This document shows, in pieces, positions 10,943-20,127 of a stretch of 64,000 bases of DNA. The notes under the pieces were generated by a model. The model saw nothing but the letters and a program-made list of their open reading frames with translations. It was not told the origin of the DNA and made no database searches. The stretch covers positions 3,296,001 to 3,360,000 of the forward strand of contig OZ243938.1 of the NCBI GenBank assembly GCA_965214095.1. Direction: 5' to 3'. Source of the stretch: Candidatus Poribacteria bacterium. GTDB lineage: Bacteria; Poribacteria; WGA-4E; WGA-3G. The translations under genes were made by a program, and so were the position numbers. Every line of letters begins with the position of its first letter. Position 1 is the stretch's first letter.

Positions 10943-11015
10943 TGGAGCAGACGGGATTTGAACCCGTGACCTCATCCGTGCGAGGGATACGCTCTCCCAA
11001 CTGAGCTACTGCCCC
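10943..11015 (-). tRNA. tRNA-Ala(CGC)
   Basis: GGGGCAG/CTGCTCC acceptor with G3:U70, anticodon loop CTCGCAC; CCA not encoded. Confidence 0.95.
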
Positions 11016-11053
11016 GAATTAGACATAAGTTTTGTGACAATCATCCGTAAAAG

Positions 11054-11141
11054 TGGCGGAGAGAGTGGGATTCGAACCCACGGTGACTTGCGCCACAACA
11101 GTTTTCGAGACTGTCCAGTTCAACCGCTCCTGCATCTCTCC
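11054..11141 (-). tRNA. tRNA-Ser(CGA)
   Basis: Anticodon arm ACAGT-CTCGAAA-ACTGT, long variable arm, encoded CCA. Confidence 0.95.
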
Positions 11142-11214
11142 TTATATATTGCAGTGAAAATGAACTTAAATATTAAAAACCCAAAATAGACTATTTATTA
11201 TCCAAACAATAGGA

Positions 11215-11709
11215 TTAACGCCTATTTTTAAAAAATGATTTCAACAGTGTACTACTCTTTTCGGCACAGACTCCGCTAATTAACTCCACTTCGTGGTTTA
11301 ATCGTTCATCTTGGACAATGTTATAGAGTGTTCCAGCTGCGCCTGCCTTCGGGTCATGAGCAGCATAAACGACCTTCGGAATTCGCGCCAAAACAATCGC
11401 TCCTGCACACATCGGACACGGTTCCAAGGTTACATATAAGACGGTATCTGTTAAACGCCAATTACCTAACTTCTGAGACGCTTCCTGTATCACAAGCATT
11501 TCTGCATGTGCAATTGGGTTACCAGATTGTTCCCGCAAATTATGGGCAGCAGCTACACAATGCCCGTCTTTAATCAGTATTGCAGCGACAGGTACTTCAC
11601 CTATTTTTCCTGCTTGTTGTGCCAATTCCAGTGCCTTTTCCATCCAGAAAACATCACTATCTAAAATTTGCACAGCAGGTTCGGTGTATGACACTGTTTT
11701 ATATCGCAT
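11215..11709 (-). CDS. tadA: tRNA adenosine(34) deaminase
   Basis: GEVPVAA, AHAEM, LYVTLEPCPMCAGA, DPKAGAAG. Confidence 0.96.
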   Translation of the reverse strand: MRYKTVSYTEPAVQILDSDVFWMEKALELAQQAGKIGEVPVAAILIKDGHCVAAAHNLREQSGNPIAHAEMLVIQEASQKLGNWRLTDTVLYVTLEPCPMCAGAIVLARIPKVVYAAHDPKAGAAGTLYNIVQDERLNHEVELISGVCAEKSSTLLKSFFKNRR

Positions 11710-11737
11710 GAATCTTGAGCAATGTCAAGATTCAAAA

Positions 11738-11811
11738 AGCGCCTGAGAGGATTCGAACCCCCGGCCTTCTGATCCGTAGTCAGATGCTCTAATCCACTGA
11801 GCTACAGGCGC
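11738..11811 (-). tRNA. tRNA-Arg(ACG)
   Basis: GCGCCTG/CAGGCGC acceptor, anticodon arm TCTGA-CTACGGA-TCAGA. Confidence 0.95.
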
Positions 11812-11904
11812 ATATTCACCACAATCTTGGTGACTATTGTGTCAGATATTGCTTCTTGACTATACCTGACTCAAATTTCAATTGATGTGGTTATAAGTTA
11901 AAAA

Positions 11905-11989
11905 CGGAGAGGGTGGGATTCGAACCCACGATGGCTTACGCCATAACTGCTTAGCAGGCAGTCCAGTTCAACCACTCCTGCACCTCTCC
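11905..11989 (-). tRNA. tRNA-Ser(GCT)
   Basis: Anticodon arm ACTGC-CTGCTAA-GCAGT, long variable arm, G73. Confidence 0.95.
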
Positions 11990-11997
11990 AAAATATA

Positions 11998-12085
11998 TGG
12001 CGGTGGGAGTAGGATTCGAACCCACGGTGACTTGCGCCACAACGGTTTTCAAGACCGCCGCTTTCGTCCACTCAGCCATCCCACC
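11998..12085 (-). tRNA. tRNA-Ser(TGA)
   Basis: Anticodon arm GCGGT-CTTGAAA-ACCGT, long variable arm, encoded CCA. Confidence 0.95.
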
Positions 12086-12109
12086 ATTATTATTAAAGAA
12101 ACGATTTTA

Positions 12110-12138
12110 ATTTTAACACATATTTCACCCTTTGTCAA
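12110..12138 (-). promoter_or_regulatory. Sigma70 promoter of the tRNA/tadA cluster
   Basis: Minus strand TTGACA-17 nt-TAAAAT with TG extension, about 25 nt upstream of tRNA-Ser(TGA). Confidence 0.8.
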
Positions 12139-12232
12139 ACGAATTTGCATCAGTGTTGATGAGAATCTGTATTTCTGACGTAATTTATCACACAGCTTAT
12201 ATTTTGAAAGAATATTCTTATTTTAAAGAGTA

Positions 12233-13258
12233 TCAGTTGCCTTTAAGTTGGTCTTCCAAGAAAGCAATTCCGGGTGCCAGATCAATCTCATGTTCTCCTT
12301 GAAAGTGATCAAGTACTAACTTTTCGCGTTTGCCACATGCGCTATATATCTTTTCAAGGTGTTGAAACGCTGCCAATGCATCCGACTCAATAAAACACCG
12401 ATCATCGGAACCGATTTGCACCATACACGAACGCGGTGCGATAAGTCCAGCAACGTCTGCTATGTCACCAGCTGCGCGTAGTCCAAACATAAATTGCGAA
12501 CCACACGTATTCCCGCGTCCACGATCCCCTAATGCATCTATCAAAGTACTCAGGTAACAGACAATTACAGATGCCTTAACCCGCCAATCGAAAGCTGCAA
12601 TATAGGTCGTCATAGTACCGCCAAACGAACATCCCATACATCCTAAACGTTTTCCGTCTACTTCTGGACGTGATTGGAGATAGGTTAGACACCTTTGTCC
12701 ATCTGATATATTGAGCTGCAGCAACTGATAGCCAAAGTAGCCAAGTGCGAAATATTCAGCGTTACATCCATCTCTACCCGGACGACGCACCCACTCATCT
12801 CTATCTTTCCGCTCACCGAAGCATCGCCAATCCGGTGCCATTGTGACAAATCCCTGTTTTGCGAGTTCAACAGCATACTGTTTCTGATAATCATCCACGA
12901 TGCCGACTGCTCCATCTTTCCCAACTCCATGCCCATGGGCACATAGCACTGCAGGTGCAGGATTGTCTTCGCTTACACTATCAGGTATCAATACATAAGC
13001 TGGAATTGATGAGAATGCATCCGGATTGAATATTATCTTTTCTCGTGTATACCCATCCTGCTGTATCTGTTCTAATGTTTCTACCTCTAATGGTACTGGA
13101 TCAGGTCTTGGTCCTAAGTGCCGACGCATGTGTCGTCTGAATTGTTTACGCCATTCTTGCCAATCCGTTTTGGTGGTGCCGTTGAAGTAATGCGGCGGTG
13201 TTGTTTGGAGAAGTTGATCAACGCTCTGTTCCGCTGTCAAAAATCTATCTATTGCCAT
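12233..13258 (-). CDS. Alpha/beta hydrolase (dienelactone hydrolase / acetyl esterase-like)
   Basis: AVLCAHGHG, nucleophile elbow GCSFGG, C-terminal GEH. Confidence 0.8.
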   Translation of the reverse strand: MAIDRFLTAEQSVDQLLQTTPPHYFNGTTKTDWQEWRKQFRRHMRRHLGPRPDPVPLEVETLEQIQQDGYTREKIIFNPDAFSSIPAYVLIPDSVSEDNPAPAVLCAHGHGVGKDGAVGIVDDYQKQYAVELAKQGFVTMAPDWRCFGERKDRDEWVRRPGRDGCNAEYFALGYFGYQLLQLNISDGQRCLTYLQSRPEVDGKRLGCMGCSFGGTMTTYIAAFDWRVKASVIVCYLSTLIDALGDRGRGNTCGSQFMFGLRAAGDIADVAGLIAPRSCMVQIGSDDRCFIESDALAAFQHLEKIYSACGKREKLVLDHFQGEHEIDLAPGIAFLEDQLKGN

Positions 13259-13462
13259 AGTCTGTCCCTCCTATTGTGATGTGTTATTTTACCACATATA
13301 GTATTGATTGCAAAGGCAATTTTACAGGTAATAACCACTGGGTTTGGTTTTCACAATATAAACAGTGATTGCTCTTGGAATCTACTTTATGCTATAATTG
13401 TTAATGGTCAATATTACATAAGCATAATTTCTATTATAAAATTAACTGAAGGAAAAAGTAAA

Positions 13463-13663
13463 ATGTCACGCATATTAGAAATTCAGCAAGAGATCCTCGC
13501 TCTACCTGCAGATGAATACAAACAATTGCGGCAGTGGTTTAGTGAATTGGACTGGAAAAAATGGGATCAAGAGATTGAGGTTGATTCAAAAGCAGGGAAA
13601 TTAGATTTCTTGATTGCAGAAGCTCAGGACGAGAAAGAAAAAGGAACACTTAAGGACCTTTAA
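13463..13663 (+). CDS. Small acidic antitoxin of a type II TA pair
   Basis: ATG 13463 after GAAGGA; WDQEIEVDSKAGKLDFLIAEA motif; abuts toxin gene. Confidence 0.7.
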   Translation: MSRILEIQQEILALPADEYKQLRQWFSELDWKKWDQEIEVDSKAGKLDFLIAEAQDEKEKGTLKDL

Positions 13664-13918
13664 GTGCATAAAACGACTTCGCGTTTCTGGAGATTTCTTC
13701 AGCAGCTGCCCGAATCTGTACAGAATACTGCAAGACAGAATTTCGACCTACTCAAAAATAATCCACAACACCCATCTCTACATTTCAAGAAAGTTGGCAA
13801 GTACTGGTCTGCGCGCGTAGGACAAGATTATAGAGCACTTGCCATTAAAGATGGAAGTGATTTCACTTGGGTTTGGATTGGTAAACACGATGAATATGAG
13901 AGACTAATTAATCCTTAA
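13664..13918 (+). CDS. RelE/ParE-fold toxin
   Basis: NPQHPSLHFKKV, WSARVGQDYRALA, WIGKHDEYE; GTG start directly after antitoxin stop. Confidence 0.8.
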   Translation: MHKTTSRFWRFLQQLPESVQNTARQNFDLLKNNPQHPSLHFKKVGKYWSARVGQDYRALAIKDGSDFTWVWIGKHDEYERLINP

Positions 13919-13990
13919 TTATATTGTGCTATGAGAATAGAGAACGAATTACCAATAAGACAAGTCTCCTTTCAGCGGATATAAGTATTA

Positions 13991-15871
13991 CTACCGCGGT
14001 TGACTATACGAAGGGGCATTAACAAAACGTTCCATTCCCACCTCTACCTCAATTTGGGTATTTGGTGGTAGATGAACTTGAAGGTATGTTCCATTTACCT
14101 CAACATTATTATCATTAACACGGGCTGTCGTGAAATTGTGTTCACACATTGAACCCGCCTGAACAATAACATCACGGGCTTCATAAGTGCTAAGGTTTAC
14201 TAACTCCAGTTCAGTTGTGTCATCAGTCAATTTGGATACTAATGCAGCGACATCCGCTGGAAGTCCTGGACGTTTCTGTTGTGGATCATAGTGTCGCACT
14301 CGCGTAACAAGCAGACCACCATTATAGTGTGGTAAAGGACCGCCACATGTAAGTTCAACCAATCCTTCACAGGTAACAGGATTGCGTCTTTGGAAATAAG
14401 CGTCTCCATAACCTGCTGGATCCTCGTCGTCATTTTCCATGAAGTCAAGTCGTTGCTGAACTTGCAACAGGTTATGATTGAGGATTGATTCTGGATATTC
14501 AGGAAAATCACCTCGCATATACGCCAACCAACCGCCATCACGTCCACCTTGGTCCTTGGTGTGATGCCATGCATTGATGTCAAATTTTGATCCAGTTTTT
14601 TTCGCTATTTGTACCGCACGGTTTTGGTCTTTGTTCTCCATTGACATTGCCCATAAATGTGCAACATCAGACGGATGCATCGGCATGAATTCAAACCAAC
14701 CATCCACCTGCAGTGCCGTGCCATCTTCGTTTGTTATCGGATATTGAAGCCACGGACCAGGGACATAGTTAACTTTGACTGGATCGCCATACTTCTGCGG
14801 CACATAGAGTTGATCGTTATGCTCTATACCCTGCTGAATTAAGACATCAATCTGTGAACGTGGGAAATCCATATATGTCAGATTTCTATGAAGGAGTGCT
14901 GCATTCTGCGCGGCAACACTAACTGCTTGACCAACGCTATGCCAGCCATGAGGCCAACTCCAGCCGTAACGAGAACCATACCACTTGCCATCCATGTGTT
15001 CTCCGATTATACCCGATAGTCCAACGTTATCCGGCACAATCCCGTGATTTTGTTCTGTGCGTGCAATCCACGCGTCAACATATTCTTGTACCCATGCCTT
15101 ATATTTCTCCTCCCCAGTGAGCATGTAAGCATTTGTAGCGAGCGTTGTCGCAGCGAGATTACCGACAGCGTCTCCTTTTCCTTGCCGTTCACAGATTACC
15201 TGTTCCATGCGTTTGCGTAATTCCTCGCTTTCCCTGACTGCCTCATGGCTTGTGCAACCGAGAACATCATAAAACGGCATGTTGTAGCCATCCCAAGGCC
15301 AAAATGATTGTCCTTCAAACGTCCAGAATGCGGGTCCTTTACTGCCGTTCATCACACACTTGATGATTTTGTGTTCTGGGTCGTAATTTGGTGCATCAGG
15401 GTCTTCGTTCATAAAGAATCCAGCGTATCGCGTCGCGCGTTCAAGGTTCGTCTCGTGAGATGGATCCGCCATACACAGCATATAAAACAAATAATTCCCT
15501 TCGCTTTGGTGGAACCAGTCATATCCCGGTTGATACTCTTTGATGACCATAGGATAGTCGTATCCAGAGCCGTATCGCGTCATGTCTTTCGTGATAACTT
15601 CAAATTCGTGTTGTGCATCAACCAAGAACTGTGCATCTCCACCAAGCATATAAAATAGGGGCCAGTTATGGAAACTCTCATAAGCATCATCTAATCCATC
15701 AATGCTTTGAAAATCTGGGTGTGTGGGCCAATACAACGTTCCATCTGGACGTGTATATTTTTTCAAAACTTTCGGTGCTGCATCATTGATTTTATCTATC
15801 AGTTCGCGTTCAAGCACTGCCCATTCTGGTGGCGTTTGAATTCGTGTTTTTGCTTCAATTGTTGGGAACAT
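13991..15871 (-). CDS. Conserved hypothetical cytoplasmic protein, possibly an (alpha/alpha)6 glycosidase/lyase-like fold
   Basis: 626-aa ORF rich in aromatic and acidic motifs (DDAYESFHNW, YDWFHQSEG); fold assignment is a guess. Confidence 0.55.
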   Translation of the reverse strand: MFPTIEAKTRIQTPPEWAVLERELIDKINDAAPKVLKKYTRPDGTLYWPTHPDFQSIDGLDDAYESFHNWPLFYMLGGDAQFLVDAQHEFEVITKDMTRYGSGYDYPMVIKEYQPGYDWFHQSEGNYLFYMLCMADPSHETNLERATRYAGFFMNEDPDAPNYDPEHKIIKCVMNGSKGPAFWTFEGQSFWPWDGYNMPFYDVLGCTSHEAVRESEELRKRMEQVICERQGKGDAVGNLAATTLATNAYMLTGEEKYKAWVQEYVDAWIARTEQNHGIVPDNVGLSGIIGEHMDGKWYGSRYGWSWPHGWHSVGQAVSVAAQNAALLHRNLTYMDFPRSQIDVLIQQGIEHNDQLYVPQKYGDPVKVNYVPGPWLQYPITNEDGTALQVDGWFEFMPMHPSDVAHLWAMSMENKDQNRAVQIAKKTGSKFDINAWHHTKDQGGRDGGWLAYMRGDFPEYPESILNHNLLQVQQRLDFMENDDEDPAGYGDAYFQRRNPVTCEGLVELTCGGPLPHYNGGLLVTRVRHYDPQQKRPGLPADVAALVSKLTDDTTELELVNLSTYEARDVIVQAGSMCEHNFTTARVNDNNVEVNGTYLQVHLPPNTQIEVEVGMERFVNAPSYSQPR

Positions 15872-16499
15872 AATCTGTTATCCTTATGTTATCTAATCAA
15901 GAATATCATGCATGCTCAATTTCATTCCTGTTTTCAAGAAGGGCACTTTTCGTAGAGAATGTGTGCCACTCTATAAAATGACAACAAGGTAGTAAGTGGC
16001 ATAACACCTATGATATCTGTAGACTACCATCTTTAGATACTATTGTCAATTATCAGGACAATTTAGTTTTCAACCTATCTGACGAAGTTTATTACAAAAC
16101 AATTGTATTTCACCAAGAATTCAGGACCGCATTTTTTGCGTCTTGTATTACAATTATTGTATTTTATCCTGCAATTTCTGTAATTCCGGAATTATCCCGT
16201 TTTGCAATCGAAATTTGTACTAATGAACTTTAGAAAAAAATAGAGGATTATTAAGTACTATGTAAATCCAGCCTACGTATACATTTTTAGCAGAGCATAT
16301 TGAAATAAAATATGAAATTTACGTTAATATTCTTTCTACAATAAACCCATTTGTATGTATTGGCACGAAACTTGTATGTATTAGCAGAGATTTGTCTATG
16401 TTGAACAGAACAATACATTTTCTATGATAAATAAATCAATATAAAAAGTACCCTTTGGATAAACAATTCCAAGGAACTATAAAGAAAGGAAATGAAGAA

Positions 16500-18293
16500 G
16501 TGAAAAATTTGTTTGTTTTTGCAAGTATCCTTTCCGTGCTCTTCTTTCAAATGGGTTGTGGATCAGATGAAGATCAAATGGAAGTTGTGCCAGATACTGA
16601 AATGACTGAAGAAACTGATTCTATTGAGACATCAATAGACGTTGAGAAGACTGTACTTAAAGATATGAGTGAGGATGAAGTCCTGCAACTCACAAGCGAG
16701 AGTGCACTTGAATTAGTGACAGTGGTTGAAGGATCTAAGAAAACAAAATTAAAGGTTCGTTTTCGTGGTGTCCGAGATTTCGGTTTCGGATTCCCTCTAT
16801 ACGAGTGTGAGTTGATTGACCCATCTGCAGAAACATTGGGAGGTATTGCGCAAGGAATGTCCGGTTCACCTGTCGGTCCACCTGGACGGGTAATGGGTGC
16901 ACTTGCTTATGCTGATGCCTTCTCTCAGGCTCCTTATCGGTTTTGGGCTACATCAATAGATGCTATGAGGGAGGCAGTTGACCATCGGACATTTGGAGAA
17001 GTCTTGGATGAATCCTCTGCACCTGGTGCCCCTTCTGCTGTACTGAATTCCACATACACACCGGTAAAAACGCCGATAATGATTACAGGAGTCCAACCTT
17101 ACAGAATTAAGCAACTTACTGAACAACTTAAAGGTTCACGATTGAATTTTGTTGATTTATATTCTCATATAGGTTCTGCTCCCACAGGTTTAGCAACAGA
17201 CTTTTCGGATGAACTGGCTGCTGGGGATATGATCGGTGTTGCAATCGCTACTGGTGATGTAGTAAATGCTGTCGGTTTTGGAACGGTGACACAAGTTTAC
17301 GATGACAAGTTTGTTGCTTTCGGACATCCCATGTTCGGTGATGGAAAGGCATCACTACCGGTATATAGAGCAGTCGTAGATGGCATTGTTCCGAATCTAC
17401 GGATCTCATATAAATCGGTTGAATTATCTGGTGATCCTATTGGAACGATCACAAAAGATGTCACACCCGCAATTGTTGGTGAACTTGGTCCAGTTCCTGA
17501 TACGATCCCTGTTACTATCTCCTATCATCCTGCGAATCTTGACAAACCCGTTAAAAAGTATCATGAAGTAGCGTATGGTCAAGAGTCATATATTGGCTTA
17601 GTTGCTGCTTTGACTCAAGATGCAATTCGTATGGAGACAAGTCCTGGAACAACACACTGTGAAGTAACTCTAAAGTTTAAAGAGACCAACACCGATTTTA
17701 CCAGATCGTTTTGGAATATATCTACCGACCCGTTTATTGAGACATATATAAACGTTGACTCAATTGTATCTGCATTTACAAGCCGGATTCAAAACACTGC
17801 TGGCAAGGCAACTTTGAAAGATGTCTCAATAACTATAACGGATAGACCGCAGATCGGTCTTGCTGAGATTGAAAGTGTAAATGGACCGAGTACGATTAAA
17901 CGAGGTTCTTCTGCTACATTTTCAATTGTGTTAGTACCACACTGGAGTTCTGCAGGTGAGGAACGCACGATAGAGAAAGAAATTACATTGGATATTCCTG
18001 ATAATTTCCCTCTCGGAAGTGCCAATCTCAGTGTATCGGGTAGGTCTTACTCCAGTTTCTATGGAGATTATTTCTTTTTTGATGATTTTGACTTTGATGA
18101 TTTTGAAGATAAGATTCCAAAAACCTTGGACGATTTGATTGAAAAGTTGGAAGACGAAGAACAGAATCCGAGTGTAATTGAGGTAGAGTTGGAACCAAAT
18201 AACTTTGGAATCGACATAGAGAAAGAACTACACTTGGAAGGGTTTCTCGTGACCGGTTCAACAATCAAATTCATCACTATTGAGAGTCAGTAA
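16500..18293 (+). CDS. Lipoprotein with SpoIVB peptidase S55 domain
   Basis: GTG start, signal ending FQMGC; GGIAQGMSGSPV serine motif; VAFGHPM. Confidence 0.82.
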   Translation: MKNLFVFASILSVLFFQMGCGSDEDQMEVVPDTEMTEETDSIETSIDVEKTVLKDMSEDEVLQLTSESALELVTVVEGSKKTKLKVRFRGVRDFGFGFPLYECELIDPSAETLGGIAQGMSGSPVGPPGRVMGALAYADAFSQAPYRFWATSIDAMREAVDHRTFGEVLDESSAPGAPSAVLNSTYTPVKTPIMITGVQPYRIKQLTEQLKGSRLNFVDLYSHIGSAPTGLATDFSDELAAGDMIGVAIATGDVVNAVGFGTVTQVYDDKFVAFGHPMFGDGKASLPVYRAVVDGIVPNLRISYKSVELSGDPIGTITKDVTPAIVGELGPVPDTIPVTISYHPANLDKPVKKYHEVAYGQESYIGLVAALTQDAIRMETSPGTTHCEVTLKFKETNTDFTRSFWNISTDPFIETYINVDSIVSAFTSRIQNTAGKATLKDVSITITDRPQIGLAEIESVNGPSTIKRGSSATFSIVLVPHWSSAGEERTIEKEITLDIPDNFPLGSANLSVSGRSYSSFYGDYFFFDDFDFDDFEDKIPKTLDDLIEKLEDEEQNPSVIEVELEPNNFGIDIEKELHLEGFLVTGSTIKFITIESQ

Positions 18294-18322
18294 ATCTGAC
18301 TCGTGTATGTATAACACAACCT

Positions 18323-18362
18323 AAACGGCAGGTGATTTTATTCATCTGCCGTTTTGCTTTTT
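18323..18362 (+). terminator. Intrinsic terminator
   Basis: AAACGGCAGGTGA...TCATCTGCCGTTT hairpin followed by T-rich run. Confidence 0.75.
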
Positions 18363-18503
18363 AAGTATCAAATATTCGTTAAAATGTAAGGAAACAGATT
18401 GCTATGTTGGGTGTGGTGTGCTATACTAATGTATGAACAGGAAATAGAAAACAAAGGACAAAAAACCTTATAAATGCGATTTTGATGGAGTATAAACACA
18501 CAC

Positions 18504-18977
18504 TTGCAAAATTATCAACCTTTGAGAATTTATCTTGACACTTGCTGTCTGAGTCGTATTTTTGATAATCAGGCGCAATCTAAAGTTCGTCAAGAAACCG
18601 AGGCAATGATATTGATTCTTAGTCGTTTGCAGGATGGATCATGGATTTGGGTTTCTAGTGGAATTTTGGAATTAGAAGTTGAAAAAAATCCTAATGAAAT
18701 ATATCGTTCTGAAATTAAAAGTTGGTTGGCTGACGCACATCAAGATGTTGCCGTTGAGACAGGTGAAATTTCAAGAGGAAGATATCTACAATCAATTAGT
18801 TTTAAGAAGAAAGATGCTTTGCATCTGGCTTGTGCAGAGAGCGGAGCGGCAGATGTTTTATTAACTACAGATGACGGTTTTCTCAAGAAGGCAAAAAGTG
18901 TGCAAAATCAACTTATCATTCAAGTTGATAATCCTCTGGAATGGCTTAAAAAGGTGACAGAAAATGAAGATACTTGA
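18504..18977 (+). CDS. PIN-domain (VapC-like) toxin
   Basis: IYLDTCCLSR, DALHLACA, LLTTDD acidic PIN residues; overlaps next gene. Confidence 0.88.
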   Translation: MQNYQPLRIYLDTCCLSRIFDNQAQSKVRQETEAMILILSRLQDGSWIWVSSGILELEVEKNPNEIYRSEIKSWLADAHQDVAVETGEISRGRYLQSISFKKKDALHLACAESGAADVLLTTDDGFLKKAKSVQNQLIIQVDNPLEWLKKVTENEDT

Positions 18978-19701
18978 GATGACAGATAAAGAACTATATG
19001 AACACGGTCAAAAGGCACTTGCAGACAAACTTGGTGCCGATCAGGTCGGTCGGTTTATTCGCCAATGCAAACCGGGTGAGGGTGACTACTCTGTTGACCG
19101 CCATAAATTGTTAGCAAATCACGGAGATATTGACACAATTGTAGAACGTATCGAAGAGAGACGCAGAGCAAAAAAAGTAGAAGACCGTAAACGTGCTGAA
19201 AGATTCAATGCGTCTCAAGACGATATCCGAAAAATGACGGATATTGAAATATTTGAAATCGGACTTCAAGTTCTTGTTGATAAACTTGGGATCGCTGGGT
19301 ACTGGCGGTTTTTTCAGCAGTGCCAAGAGATTAACAGAGGTTATCCTATTAACCACATTCAAAGCAAAGAGGATGCCGAAGAAGAAATTGCACTTTATAC
19401 TGCAGGTATAACACTTAATCCGAAAACGGTTGAGAGTTATATCAAGCGGGGCAATGCCTATAGTTACATCGGAGAATATGACAAAGCCATCGTAGATTTT
19501 AGTGAAGCGATAAAACTCAAACCTGATTATGCTGAAGCATATAGCAATCGCGCAAAAGTTTATCTGAAAAAAGTTGATTTTGACAAAGCAATTGAAGACT
19601 ATACCAAAGTTATAGAACTCAATCCGCAAGATGTTGATGCGTATTACACACGCGGTAAACTTTACGATATGAAGAAAAGTAATGATGATCGTATACCTTA
19701 A
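18964..19701 (+). CDS. Duplicated PIN-partner antitoxin domain fused to about 3 TPRs
   Basis: MTDKELYEHGQKALADKLG..RFIRQC and MTDIEIFEIGLQVLVDKLG..RFFQQC repeats, then 34-aa TPRs (AYSYIGEYDKAIVDFSEAIKLKP). Confidence 0.78.
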   Translation: MKILEMTDKELYEHGQKALADKLGADQVGRFIRQCKPGEGDYSVDRHKLLANHGDIDTIVERIEERRRAKKVEDRKRAERFNASQDDIRKMTDIEIFEIGLQVLVDKLGIAGYWRFFQQCQEINRGYPINHIQSKEDAEEEIALYTAGITLNPKTVESYIKRGNAYSYIGEYDKAIVDFSEAIKLKPDYAEAYSNRAKVYLKKVDFDKAIEDYTKVIELNPQDVDAYYTRGKLYDMKKSNDDRIP

Positions 19702-19839
19702 CAACTATTCTGCCCATAGAAGAAAAATGTGTATTTACAACGAACAATTCACAATAATCAACAAAGATGTACTGATGACCAATGCTATTGAATCTGTGCA
19801 AAAAAAAAGAGGCACGGACACTAATTCAAGAAACAGTAA

Positions 19840-20127
19840 ATGAATATCCGCTTTAACACCGATAGAGCAACTGACTTGCCTCATATTTATAAGCATGGTG
19901 TTAATGAGGATAAGGTTGAAGATGTTTTACTGAATCCTGGCGGAGACAGGACAGGAAGTAATAATTCAAGAGTTGCTATTGGCCAAACACGAGTGGGACG
20001 CTATTTACGATTCATTTATCTTCGCGATCCCGAACCTAATAGTATTTTTGTGCTTACGGCTTAAGAATTGAATGGGAAACCTTTAACGGCTTACCGCCGA
20101 CGACAACGGAGGAGAGGCAGACGATGA
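19840..20127 (+). pseudogene. BrnT/DUF4258-like toxin interrupted by in-frame TAA at 20062-20064
   Basis: HIYKHGV..VEDVL..AIGQTRVGRYLRFIY..FVLTA*ELNGKPLTAYRRR; frame continues to TGA 20125-20127, overlapping the next ATG (ATGA). Confidence 0.78.

Noticed and set aside
11998-12085. tRNA with TGA anticodon as a selenocysteine or suppressor tRNA
   Set aside because: Anticodon UGA reads UCA (Ser); tRNA-Sec has anticodon UCA and a longer acceptor stem.
13304-13462. N-terminal extension of the antitoxin ORF in the track
   Set aside because: AT-rich promoter-like DNA; the SD-supported start is ATG 13463.
20062-20064. In-frame TAA as evidence of stop-codon reassignment
   Set aside because: TAA ends many conserved genes at their normal positions (tuf, fusA, rpsL).
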